A DNA stretch of 35,623 bases from an uncultured Chlamydiae bacterium (lineage in GTDB: Bacteria > Chlamydiota > Chlamydiia > Chlamydiales > SM23-39), in the NCBI GenBank assembly GCA_903889795.1, contig CAISYW010000202.1, positions 1 to 35,623 of the forward strand, written 5' to 3'. Position numbers and translations under genes: made by a program. Below the pieces are notes generated by a model, which searched no databases, was not told the DNA's origin, and saw nothing but the letters and a program-made list of their open reading frames with translations. Below are positions 27,316-35,623 of the stretch, piece after piece (position 1 is the first letter of the stretch; each line of letters starts with the position of its first letter).

Positions 27316-27422
27316 AGAATCTCCAGAATATTTTTTGAACTTTTATTCTATCTCCCCTCAGAATTAAACTCATCAATCAAAAAGAGATTTTCAGATAAAA
27401 GTTTTTTTTGGTAGGGGTTGGC

Positions 27423-28523
27423 ATGGGTGTATACGGCAATTATCCTGATCTGTCTTCAGTTCGACGGGTTCTCGTTGTAAAGTTGCGTCATTTGGGAGAC
27501 GTCTTACTGACGAGTCCGGTGTTTACTTCTCTCAAGCGGGCGCTGCCGCATGCGGTCATCGACGCTTATATCTATCGAGAATCTCTTCCGATGCTTGAGC
27601 ATCATCCTGCGATCTCTGAAATTCTTTTGTACGACCGGGAATGGAAGAAATTGGGGTGGTTCGAGCGCTTCAAACACGAGGCGGCCAATTTGTGGCAAAT
27701 CCGCAAAAACAGCTACGATCTTGTAATTAATCTCACTGAAGGAGATCGGGGCGCTTGGGCGGCTCGCTTCAGCAATGCGGGGGTGCGTGTGGGAATTGAT
27801 CGCCGCAAGATTTATACCCATGTCGTGAAAAATGGTCCCTCGCCTCGACATAATGTAGAAAAGCAACTCGATGCTCTACGGCGGATCGGCATCCGGCCTA
27901 CTTTTGAAGAGAAGAAACTTATTTTGGCGATTCCCAATGAGGCGAGAGAGTCCGTCCGTAAGAAAATGTTTTGGGAACAGTTCATTTTGATTCACCCAAC
28001 CTCGCGATGGCGTTTTAAATGTTGGCCAAGCCGCAATGTCGCTGCTCTTTCGCAGAAATTGATTGATCAGGGACAGCGGCTCGTCTTTACTTCGGGACCC
28101 GATTCGGACGAGAGGGCGATGGTCGAAGAAATTGTGCGCTTATTGCCCAATGAATCTATTTGCAATCTGGCCGGTAAAATTTCATTGCAGGAACTCGCCG
28201 CACTGATTGAGCGATGCACTTTGATGCTTTGCGTCGATTCAGTCCCTTTTCACATCGCGAGCGCCCTGATGGCTCCGGTCGTAGCGCTTTTTGGTCCGAC
28301 ATCGGACATTACTTGGGGGCCATGGATGAATCCCCGTGCTCGAGTGATTGCGGCAGAGATGAGTTGCCGTCCCTGTTATCTTGATGGCTGCGGAGGGAGT
28401 AAGATATGCGAGTGTTTGAATGCCATTTCTATCGAGAGGGTTATGTCAGAGCTTGAAATCCTCGCCAAAATAGGAGCGCCTCGCTTGGGGATCGTTGATG
28501 AGTTGATCCACAGTCCCCGATAG
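27423..28523 (+). CDS. Glycosyltransferase family 9 (heptosyltransferase RfaF/WaaC-like)
   Basis: ATG 27423 (the track ORF starts at TTG 27408). N-terminal RVLVVKLRHLGDVLLTSPV block and C-terminal LCVDSVPFHIASAL..PVVALFGPT and CRPC blocks of GT9. The 3' end overlaps lptB. Confidence 0.75.
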   Translation: MGVYGNYPDLSSVRRVLVVKLRHLGDVLLTSPVFTSLKRALPHAVIDAYIYRESLPMLEHHPAISEILLYDREWKKLGWFERFKHEAANLWQIRKNSYDLVINLTEGDRGAWAARFSNAGVRVGIDRRKIYTHVVKNGPSPRHNVEKQLDALRRIGIRPTFEEKKLILAIPNEARESVRKKMFWEQFILIHPTSRWRFKCWPSRNVAALSQKLIDQGQRLVFTSGPDSDERAMVEEIVRLLPNESICNLAGKISLQELAALIERCTLMLCVDSVPFHIASALMAPVVALFGPTSDITWGPWMNPRARVIAAEMSCRPCYLDGCGGSKICECLNAISIERVMSELEILAKIGAPRLGIVDELIHSPR

Positions 28524-29177
28524 CAATACTTTGCCTTCCTGAATCAAATAGCTCCGATGGACAATTGAGAAAATCTCTCGGGCGTTATGGTCGGTAATCA
28601 AAACGCTGATCCCCTTTTTTAGCAGGTGTCGGATCAAATTTTTTACATCCTGTACTGCCAAGGGATCGATATTTGCAAACGGTTCATCGAGCAAGAGTAA
28701 AGAGGGCTCTGTGACGAGCGAGCGGGTGATTTCGAGCCTTCTTCGCTCGCCACCCGAAAGTGACGCCGCTTTTTTGCTGCGCAGATGGTCGAGATGGAGT
28801 TCGTTGATCAGTCGATTGAGCCGCTCATTTTGTTCTTTCTTGGGAAGAGAAAGAGTCTCGAGGATGCAGAGGATGTTTTCTTCGACGGTGAGATTTCTGA
28901 ATATTGAGGGCTCCTGGGCAAGATATCCGAGACCCAGCTTGGCTCGGCTGTGAATCGGCATCCCTGAGATGTTTTCTCCTTTAAAGAACACTTCTCCCTC
29001 ATCAGGGCGAATCAGTCCGATCGTCATGTAAAATGCTGTCGTCTTGCCAGCTCCGTTAGGGCCGAGAAGGCCTACTGCTTCGCCGGTGTTAACTTGAAAG
29101 GAAAGTCCATTGACGACCGCTTTGCCGCCATATTGTTTCATGAGGTTGTGAACTTCGAGAAGAGGGGGAATTGTCAT
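28446..29177 (-). CDS. lptB: LPS export ABC transporter ATPase LptB
   Basis: Walker A GPNGAGKTT, signature LSGGERRRLEI, Walker B LLLLDEPFA, H-loop ITDHN, and an LptB-type C-terminus YFGEDFKL. Confidence 0.9.
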   Translation of the reverse strand: MTIPPLLEVHNLMKQYGGKAVVNGLSFQVNTGEAVGLLGPNGAGKTTAFYMTIGLIRPDEGEVFFKGENISGMPIHSRAKLGLGYLAQEPSIFRNLTVEENILCILETLSLPKKEQNERLNRLINELHLDHLRSKKAASLSGGERRRLEITRSLVTEPSLLLLDEPFANIDPLAVQDVKNLIRHLLKKGISVLITDHNAREIFSIVHRSYLIQEGKVLLSGTVDQLINDPQARRSYFGEDFKL

Positions 29178-30178
29178 AAGTACTTCGAAAAGAGAGTTTC
29201 AATAATGTTTTCTTCCTGCAGCGTAAAGTGGAAGTGAACGTCGCCGATGCCCTGAACGCTTTCGCGCTGGGTCGCGGGATCCATCTGAACGCGAACCTCC
29301 GGAGCGCTGAGAGAGATATCGCCGCTTGATTGCCAAAAGAGTACGCGATTGGGGGCTATGCATGATAGAATCATTGTTCGCGTCTCCGGAATATAGATAA
29401 GCTGATCGGCTAAAGCGAAGCTCTCTTGATCTTGGATAATCGAAGAAATCATGCGGACCGAACCCTCGCAATGGAGAGCTTCGGGCCGTGTGCGGCCTGT
29501 TCGTTCTTGATAGATCAATCGTCCTTGATCGGCTTCTAAATGAGTTTGTTCATCTTCAAACGAAACATTTCCTTCTAATAAGAGGTCCTGGTCCCAGATC
29601 AGCCGCTCTGCATGGAAAGAGATTGAGGAGCCTTTGTTCCATCCGGCTTCGATTTCTCCTCTGATTTCTTCGCAAATAATCTGTTTCGTTTCGAGATCTA
29701 AACGCATTTTTCGCGCTTCGAGATGATCGCATTCATGAGTCAAAAAGCAGTATTGAGATAGAGGAGAAGGAATGAGTTCAATGGAGCCCCCCCTGTTAGC
29801 CAGGGCGCTAAATCGCGCCTCGCTTCCTTTCGCGGTAAAACCGTCGCTAGTGGTGATTTCGACCCCGCCTTGGCAGCGGAGGCTTTGGAAGCCAAAGAGT
29901 GCGCCAACGTCGATTTCACCGCTTGCTCGATCAGCGAATAAATTGATTTCGCGGTTTGCTGTAACTGCGTGAACGCAAACTTGCCCGTCGAGGGAGATCT
30001 TTTGGAAAGGGGTGCGATGATCCATCTTGAAATTCTGTACAACGGCGCGATTGGCGCTGAGCCGGCCGGCCGGGTGAGTCATTTCCACGGCCTGCGTCAA
30101 TATTAAATCTCGTCCATTATAGGTTGTTTTTTCCGCTTGCAGTTGGTAAAGACTTATCAGTGAGGCAATGATGATCAT
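29174..30178 (-). CDS. Periplasmic OstA/LptA-like protein (function tentative)
   Basis: Sits between the lptC-like gene and lptB with 4-nt ATGA overlaps at both ends. Recurrent LptA-like strands (LEADQGRLIY...CEGSVRM; ALADQLIYIPE). 334 aa, roughly twice the length of E. coli LptA. Confidence 0.5.
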   Translation of the reverse strand: MIIIASLISLYQLQAEKTTYNGRDLILTQAVEMTHPAGRLSANRAVVQNFKMDHRTPFQKISLDGQVCVHAVTANREINLFADRASGEIDVGALFGFQSLRCQGGVEITTSDGFTAKGSEARFSALANRGGSIELIPSPLSQYCFLTHECDHLEARKMRLDLETKQIICEEIRGEIEAGWNKGSSISFHAERLIWDQDLLLEGNVSFEDEQTHLEADQGRLIYQERTGRTRPEALHCEGSVRMISSIIQDQESFALADQLIYIPETRTMILSCIAPNRVLFWQSSGDISLSAPEVRVQMDPATQRESVQGIGDVHFHFTLQEENIIETLFSKYL

Positions 30179-30822
30179 GGAAGACCTTTCGCAGGATCAA
30201 AAGATGCATGCAGATGCTGTGCTGTAAATGTGGGGGATTTGCCGCACGCAGAAAAATTTGCCTCTGTTGCTGTTCCGGAGAAAAAGGCGAGTTCTGAGTC
30301 GATCGCCTCCGGCAAATCGTGGCCGGGCAGACGAAAAAATTGCATATGAACGATTTGGGCAATAAAGTGATGGGAGGGGTAAAAATAGATCCCCTCTTGT
30401 GCGGTCATATGGCGTACTTGCTGTAGACAGCCGTCATCGTGATGTTCGATCGCAATCTTTTTCAAAATGGATGTAGAATTATTTCCCAGCTCTTGCATCC
30501 AACAGTCGAGTTTTTGCAGCTTTTCGACGGCTTCAATTTTTCCTTTTCGCTGGTGAACGATCAACTCTGATTCTTGACTTTGAATTCGAAGGTGTTGCCG
30601 CTGCGATCCCTGCATGATCCAGAAATCTTTTTGTACAATTTGTCGATTTTGGGTGGCAGGATGCATTTCGAGAGCATGGCGCGCTCTCTGAGAGCTGTTT
30701 TTTAAAACAAATTTTTGATAGCGCGCCCTGTCATCATGCCGCAACCGTACATGATCCCAATAAGCGATTGCGCAAGTGGCGCACAAAAAAAAGGAAAAAA
30801 AAATAAAAGTGCGTTTAAACAT
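30175..30822 (-). CDS. Membrane-anchored hypothetical protein, possible LptC analogue
   Basis: ATG 30822 (MFKRTFIFFSFFLCATCAIAYW is a single N-terminal TM helix) lies 5 nt after the kdsA stop. The longer track ORF to 30984 would overlap kdsA. The functional call rests on position between kdsA and the lptA-like/lptB genes only. Confidence 0.45.
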   Translation of the reverse strand: MFKRTFIFFSFFLCATCAIAYWDHVRLRHDDRARYQKFVLKNSSQRARHALEMHPATQNRQIVQKDFWIMQGSQRQHLRIQSQESELIVHQRKGKIEAVEKLQKLDCWMQELGNNSTSILKKIAIEHHDDGCLQQVRHMTAQEGIYFYPSHHFIAQIVHMQFFRLPGHDLPEAIDSELAFFSGTATEANFSACGKSPTFTAQHLHASFDPAKGLP

Positions 30823-30827
30823 CGCTA

Positions 30828-31667
30828 TTATTTGCCGCTCAATTGCGCCGTTGGGTGTACGGCATTGTAAATCCGTTCCAGCTCTTGCAACAAAGAGCTG
30901 AGCTCTTCCAGCGGCAGTACTGTGGCAGCGTCGCTCTTGGCTTGATTGGGGTTCGGATGGCACTCTAAAAAAAGCGCATTGCACCCCACGGCGATAGCGG
31001 CTTTGGCCAAAATGGGAATGAATTCGCGCTGCCCTCCTGAAACGTGGCCAAGCCCTCCGGGGAGCTGGACTGAATGAGTTGCGTCAAAACAGACGGGGAA
31101 GCCGAGTTTTTGCATAATTGGAATGGAACGAAAATCGCTTACCAGATTGTTATACCCAAAAGATGTTCCGCGATCTGTCAGCAAAATACGGTCGTTGCCG
31201 CAAAAGAGGAGCTTGTCAACGACATTTTTCATATCCCATGGAGCGAGAAATTGCCCTTTTTTGACGTTGACAGCGGCCTTCGTGCGCCCGACAGCTGCGA
31301 TGAGATCGGTTTGGCGGCATAAAAACGCGGGGATCTGGATCATGTCGCAAACCTCGGCGGCGGCTGTCGCTTCTTCAGGAGAGTGAACATCCGTTAGAAC
31401 AGGCAATCCGAGTTCTTTTTTTATCCGCTCCAGAATACGCAGACCTTTTTCTAATCCGGGACCGCGAAAGGAGTCGATTGAAGAGCGGTTGGCTTTGTCG
31501 TAGCTTGCTTTAAAAATTAAGGAAAAGGGACAATTACGCATTATTTTTTGAAGTGATGCTGCAATTGATAGCGTATGCTCTTCGCTTTCGATGACGCAGG
31601 GACCGGCTAAAATTGCGAGCGGCTCGCCTTCCCCGATTTTGTAATCGCCAATCAGTAATTTTTTCAT
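30828..31667 (-). CDS. kdsA: 3-deoxy-8-phosphooctulonate (KDO-8-P) synthase
   Basis: 279 aa with the blocks GPCVIES, FKASYDKANRSS, LTDVH, IPAFLCRQTDL, KKGQF and FDATHSVQLPGG. Confidence 0.95.
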   Translation of the reverse strand: MKKLLIGDYKIGEGEPLAILAGPCVIESEEHTLSIAASLQKIMRNCPFSLIFKASYDKANRSSIDSFRGPGLEKGLRILERIKKELGLPVLTDVHSPEEATAAAEVCDMIQIPAFLCRQTDLIAAVGRTKAAVNVKKGQFLAPWDMKNVVDKLLFCGNDRILLTDRGTSFGYNNLVSDFRSIPIMQKLGFPVCFDATHSVQLPGGLGHVSGGQREFIPILAKAAIAVGCNALFLECHPNPNQAKSDAATVLPLEELSSLLQELERIYNAVHPTAQLSGK

Positions 31668-31713
31668 GGTTAGGAATATACAAAAGGTATGTAAACTCTA
31701 GCAAGGTTCAATT

Positions 31714-32253
31714 ATGAAACGCACCCCGTTAATTCATTTGCTACAGGCATATTCCCCTGCGTATAGCGAGGAAAAAATCTTTCAGACGGAGATGATGGAT
31801 TTTATTGAGCGTCAAGAAAATTGTTTTGAGCGTTTTTTGGAGACAGGGCACATTACCGCCTCATCGTGGTTATTGAGCAAAGATCATACAAAAGCTCTTC
31901 TGATGCATCATACAAAACTGGATCGTTGGGTTCAGTTAGGGGGGCATTGCGATGGAGATCCCGATGTCATGCGAGTGGCTATCAAAGAAGCTCGCGAAGA
32001 ATCGGGAATTGGTCAAATCAGGCCGGTTTCGAATGAAATTTTTGATATTGATATTCACTTGATTCCTGCGAAAGATCAAATATGCGCGCACTATCATTAC
32101 GACGTGCGGTTTTTATTGGAAACTACGAGCGAGGAGCTCGTTGTTTCCAATCGCGAATCCAAAGAGCTGAGATGGGTTGGCAAAAATATTCGAGAGCTTC
32201 CGACAGACAGCCGTTCCGTTGTCCGCATGTTTATCAAATGGCTCGATCCTTAA
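31714..32253 (+). CDS. NUDIX hydrolase
   Basis: Nudix-box variant GGHCDGDPDVMRVAIKEAREESGI. 179 aa. Confidence 0.75.
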   Translation: MKRTPLIHLLQAYSPAYSEEKIFQTEMMDFIERQENCFERFLETGHITASSWLLSKDHTKALLMHHTKLDRWVQLGGHCDGDPDVMRVAIKEAREESGIGQIRPVSNEIFDIDIHLIPAKDQICAHYHYDVRFLLETTSEELVVSNRESKELRWVGKNIRELPTDSRSVVRMFIKWLDP

Positions 32254-32316
32254 GACTCTTGCTAAATAGCGGATGAGAATTTATCATTTCATAAAGTCGA
32301 TGTCATTTGTTTAAAT

Positions 32317-32389
32317 GGATTGATAGCTCAGAGGATAGAGCACCCGCCTTCTAAGCGGGCGGTCGTAGGTTCGAGTCCTACTCAATCCG
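32317..32389 (+). tRNA. tRNA-Arg (anticodon UCU)
   Basis: Acceptor GGATTGA/TCAATCC, D arm GCTC-AGAGGATA-GAGC, anticodon stem CCCGC/GCGGG with loop CTTCTAA, T arm GTAGG-TTCGAGT-CCTAC. Confidence 0.9.
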
Positions 32390-32464
32390 ATTTTTCTCGA
32401 AGAAAAAAATCTTTCAAATCAATATGATAACCTTCTTGCGCTCCTTGGTTTTCGAAAACTGTAA

Positions 32465-32634
32465 TATTAACCTGAGGGGTAAAAGGGTGACAAATTTCGT
32501 AGCGAGGCAAAGCCATATCAAAGCATCCGCGTTCCGAACGAGAAGCTCATGGTAAAACCATGGGCGACGAGAGAGGATTGATATGGTGAAGCCGCAGCCA
32601 GTAAGTTGTCACCTTTTTACCCCTCGGGTTAATA
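32465..32634 (+). repeat. Inverted-repeat-closed structured element (candidate ncRNA or MITE)
   Basis: A 29-bp closing stem pairs 32465-32493 with 32606-32634. Roughly 18-nt unpaired stretches follow on both sides, then a 10-bp inner stem (32512-32521 / 32578-32587). A 9-bp hairpin (32545-32565) and a small hairpin (32530-32540) lie inside. No ORF. Confidence 0.6.
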
Positions 32635-32722
32635 ATTATGCCGAATCCGAGCAAAGCGCTCCGAAAGCAAGAAATTTTGTTATTTATAAAATTTTTGAGA
32701 CGTGCCCAACCAGGGAGATTGC

Positions 32723-34807
32723 ATGTTTTTTAACATCTTCACACTTCTAATTTTTTGTGGATTAGCGGCTCTTGTCTATGGAGGTATCTTGATTTATAGC
32801 GTTCTTTCCGAACAGACGGGTACGGAAACAATGCAAAGAATCGCAAAGGCCATCCAAGACGGAGCATCTGCGTATCTCAATCGACAATATCGGATGATCG
32901 CCCTTGTCGGGATGATTGTCCTGATTCTTCTAACATGGCGGCTCGGTGTCTTGGTTGGAGTCGGTTTTATTATAGGAAGCGTGCTTTCAGGATTAGCCGG
33001 ATACATTGGAATGAATATTTCAGTCCGCGCCAATATTCGAACAGCGGAAGCAGCTAAAAGAGGATTGAAGCCGGCATTGGCAATCGCATTCAGATCGGGA
33101 GCTGTGACTGGATTTTTGGTCGTTGGTCTGGCTCTTCTCGGTGTCACTATTTATTATTTTTTAATGCAGCATTTTCATGTCGATCAGCGAAAGATTTTTG
33201 AAGCCCTGGTAGCTCTTAGTTTTGGCGCTTCTCTGATTTCGATTTTTGCACGTTTGGGCGGCGGAATTTTTACGAAAGGCGCCGATGTCGGAGCCGATCT
33301 GGTTGGAAAAATCGAAGCGGGCATTCCCGAAGACGATCCCCGTAATCCTGCCGTGATTAGCGATAACGTAGGTGATAACGTGGGAGATTGCGCAGGGATG
33401 GCGGCCGATCTTTTTGAAACTTATGTTGTGACCATCGTTGGGACGATGCTCTTGGGTAAGATCTTTTTTATCGATCTTGCGCAAGAAGTGATGATTCTCT
33501 TTCCCCTGGCCATTGGCGGAGTTGGAATTTTGGGCTCTATTTTAGGCTCATTGTTCGTACGCCTGGGAAAGGGAGTAAATATTATGGCGGCGCTTTATAA
33601 AGGATTTATCGCAAGCGCGATCATTTCTATTGCCGCCATTGCTTGGATGATTCACAAATGGTTCGGTTTTAGTACAACTTTTAAAATTCAGGATCAGATT
33701 TTTACTGGTTTGAATCTTTTCAACTGCGCTTTCATCGGATTGGCTGTGACGGGATTGATCATGTGGATCACGGAATATTACACGTCCACTAAATTCCGTC
33801 CTGTCAAAAATATTGCCAAAGCTTCAGCTACAGGGCACGGAACCAATATTATTCAAGGATTGGCCACTTCGTTGGAGTCAACCGTTCTTCCCGTAATTTT
33901 TATTTCCGCGGGTATTTTGGCGACCTACCTCAATGCGGGGCTCTATGGAGTCGCGATCGGCGCCACTTCGATGCTCGCATTGGCCGGGATGATCATTGCT
34001 CTCGATGCATATGGCCCTGTGACGGACAATGCGGGGGGAATTGCCGAGATGTCGAATTTGCCGCATAAAGTGAGAGAAGTCACTGATGCGCTCGACGCAG
34101 TGGGCAATACGACAAAAGCGGTAACGAAAGGATATGCAATCGCATCGGCAGCTTTTGCCGCTTTGGTTCTATTTGCTGCATTTATTGAAGATCTGGTGTT
34201 TTATTTTCCTACACTCGATATCCAATTTAAACTTCAAGATCCATTCGTTGTCGTTGGTCTTTTCATGGGCGGGCTTTTGCCTTATCTGTTCGGCGCTATG
34301 AGCATGACGTCAGTGGGACGAGCTGCAGCGGCGGTTGTCATTGAAGTGCGGCGGCAGTTCAAGGAGATACCGGGAATTATGCAGGGAACGCATCTTCCCG
34401 ATTACAAAAAAGCGGTGGACATGTTGACCCGAGCGGCGATCAAGGAGATGATCCTGCCCTCTCTGCTCCCTGTTTTTGCTCCCATCGTGCTTTTCTTTAT
34501 TATCTACTGGATTGCTGGTAATTCCGCTTTTGTTTCACTGGGAGCGATGCTTCTCGGCGTTGTTGTGACTGGCCTCTTCCAGGCTTTGTCGATGACAGGC
34601 GGCGGCGGCGCATGGGATAATGCCAAAAAGTACATTGAAATGGGTAATCTCGGCGGTAAAGGCTCGGCTGCTCATTTAGCCGCTATCACAGGGGATACCG
34701 TTGGCGATCCGTACAAAGATACGGCAGGACCTGCGATCAATCCGATGATCAAAATTGTGAATATTGTGGCCCTTCTTCTTTTGGCCATTCTTTCGCAAAT
34801 TCTGTAA
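32723..34807 (+). CDS. hppA: Membrane-bound proton-translocating pyrophosphatase (K+-independent type)
   Basis: ATG 32723 is preceded by GGGAG (the track ORF starts at GTG 32702). Many TM helices, with [50 protein letters not shown] and [11 protein letters not shown] blocks. Confidence 0.95.
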   Translation: MFFNIFTLLIFCGLAALVYGGILIYSVLSEQTGTETMQRIAKAIQDGASAYLNRQYRMIALVGMIVLILLTWRLGVLVGVGFIIGSVLSGLAGYIGMNISVRANIRTAEAAKRGLKPALAIAFRSGAVTGFLVVGLALLGVTIYYFLMQHFHVDQRKIFEALVALSFGASLISIFARLGGGIFTKGADVGADLVGKIEAGIPEDDPRNPAVISDNVGDNVGDCAGMAADLFETYVVTIVGTMLLGKIFFIDLAQEVMILFPLAIGGVGILGSILGSLFVRLGKGVNIMAALYKGFIASAIISIAAIAWMIHKWFGFSTTFKIQDQIFTGLNLFNCAFIGLAVTGLIMWITEYYTSTKFRPVKNIAKASATGHGTNIIQGLATSLESTVLPVIFISAGILATYLNAGLYGVAIGATSMLALAGMIIALDAYGPVTDNAGGIAEMSNLPHKVREVTDALDAVGNTTKAVTKGYAIASAAFAALVLFAAFIEDLVFYFPTLDIQFKLQDPFVVVGLFMGGLLPYLFGAMSMTSVGRAAAAVVIEVRRQFKEIPGIMQGTHLPDYKKAVDMLTRAAIKEMILPSLLPVFAPIVLFFIIYWIAGNSAFVSLGAMLLGVVVTGLFQALSMTGGGGAWDNAKKYIEMGNLGGKGSAAHLAAITGDTVGDPYKDTAGPAINPMIKIVNIVALLLLAILSQIL

Positions 34808-34816
34808 TTTTAATTT

Positions 34817-34854
34817 GCCCCCTTCGTTCTGATGGAGGGGGCTTTCTTTTTTTT
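34817..34854 (+). terminator. Rho-independent terminator of hppA
   Basis: GCCCCC...GGGGGC stem followed by TTTCTTTTTTTT, 10 nt after the hppA stop. Confidence 0.7.
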
Positions 34855-34955
34855 ACACAGCCGATTTTTCAAATTTTGTAAGCAAGATTTTCAAATGCGA
34901 AGATTGCCGCAAAAAATGATGGGCAACATCACAGAGAGTGGATGATTTAAATGTG

Positions 34956-34990
34956 ATAAAAGAAAAAAGGAGCAAGAGTGTTCTTGCTCC
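34956..34990 (-). terminator. Rho-independent terminator of the KH-domain gene
   Basis: On the - strand, GGAGCAAGA-ACAC-TCTTGCTCC is followed by TTTTTTCTTTTAT, 10 nt after the stop at 35000. Confidence 0.65.
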
Positions 34991-34999
34991 AGGAATAGG

Positions 35000-35239
35000 T
35001 TACTTTGGTTCTTCGAGAATCTCGAGATTCACTCGGATTCCGTTGCGACTGGCGACAGACATTAACAACGTTCGTATAGCGTTAATCGTCTTGCCTTTTT
35101 TCCCGATGATTTTTCCTATATCTGATTTTTCAACGGCCAGTTCAATGATCAAAGTGTGTGTTCCGCCGATTTCGTTGATTCGGACCTGATCCGGATGATC
35201 GACGAGGTTCTTTACGATATATTCGACAAATTCTTTCAT
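35000..35239 (-). CDS. KH-domain RNA-binding protein (YlqC/UPF0109-like)
   Basis: 79 aa with the KH GxxG loop in IGKIIGKKGKTINAIR. Typical length and layout for the family. Confidence 0.85.
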   Translation of the reverse strand: MKEFVEYIVKNLVDHPDQVRINEIGGTHTLIIELAVEKSDIGKIIGKKGKTINAIRTLLMSVASRNGIRVNLEILEEPK

Positions 35240-35354
35240 GCGCGTTCCTCATGATGATAAGTAGGTTCGGCAGCAGAAAATAAAAAAAATTATTCTCTAA
35301 TTTGAATTTTGTCACATGGGAAAATAATTTTCTAGAAGGTTTACGTAAAAAAAA

Positions 35355-35623
35355 TTATTCGAGGGTGAAAGGCTCACCTAAAATGGAGCTATCGGAGATT
35401 TGATAAATCCATTTTTTGAAATCATCAGGAATCGATGCTACGAGGGAAATAGGCACATTTGTGATGGGATGCATAAAGTTTAATTGATAGGCATGGAGCA
35501 GTTGCCTCTCCACCTCCTGCGAGGCATTAATTTTTTCACTCCCATACGTTGTGTCGCCGAGAACCGGATGGCCAATATGCTTCAAATGGACACGGATTTG
35601 ATGCGTACGCCCCGTTTTCGGAC
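35355..35623 (-). CDS. RluA/RluD-family pseudouridine synthase, C-terminal part (continues beyond the window)
   Basis: The reading frame stays open to the window edge. It reads PKTGRTHQIRVHLKHIGHPVLGDTTYG...LHAYQL, the conserved C-terminal blocks of the family. Confidence 0.8.
   Translation of the reverse strand, partial: PKTGRTHQIRVHLKHIGHPVLGDTTYGSEKINASQEVERQLLHAYQLNFMHPITNVPISLVASIPDDFKKWIYQISDSSILGEPFTLE

Noticed and set aside
30823-30984. N-terminal extension of the lptC-like ORF (track ORF 30175..30984)
   Set aside because: The extension would overlap the kdsA 3' end by 157 nt in another frame. The internal ATG at 30822 gives a typical signal-anchor N-terminus 5 nt after the kdsA stop.
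1-35623. CRISPR arrays, rRNA genes, intact IS elements, prophage or recognisable defence/toxin-antitoxin modules
   Set aside because: I saw no regularly spaced direct repeats, no rRNA-like sequence and no intact transposase or integrase. No gene pairs showed the motifs of known defence or TA families on either strand.

Overview
Chromosomal segment of a member of the Chlamydiae, probably an environmental or amoeba-associated lineage rather than Chlamydiaceae. This call rests on gene order. Three blocks match what I remember from Chlamydia trachomatis (CT677-680, CT705-710, CT653-655): rpsB-tsf-frr, clpX-clpP-tig next to SWIM/SNF2 helicase-mreB-pckG, and kdsA-(lptC/lptA-like)-lptB. An oversized PBP2 fits the phylum. 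A GT9 glycosyltransferase, an H+-pyrophosphatase and roughly 45-50% GC in hand-counted lines argue against Chlamydiaceae proper. I call about 31 protein genes, 5 tRNAs (Gly-UCC, Glu-UUC, Lys-UUU, Gly-GCC, Arg-UCU), a few terminators, no rRNA and no CRISPR array. All functional calls come from motif recognition by eye; no searches were run. Five things deserve follow-up. (1) A ~5 kb strongly AT-rich island sits directly 3' of tRNA-Lys, between frr and clpX. It carries a gmd / TylC3-type C-methyltransferase / orphan-gene operon, a further orphan GT-like gene and a GC-rich transposase scar, and may be an undescribed GDP-linked branched deoxysugar glycosylation module. (2) The clpX-linked ClpP has Ala in place of the catalytic Ser (GQAASMG becomes GQAVAMA), with His and Asp retained. 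(3) An LtaS/sulfatase-type membrane enzyme is fused to about 8 eukaryote-type cysteine-containing LRRs. (4) A ~170-nt highly structured element closed by a 29-bp stem lies between tRNA-Arg and hppA, and all its non-Watson-Crick pairs are G-U on the + strand. (5) PBP2 has KTS instead of KTG, and pyrH is absent from the tsf-frr gap.
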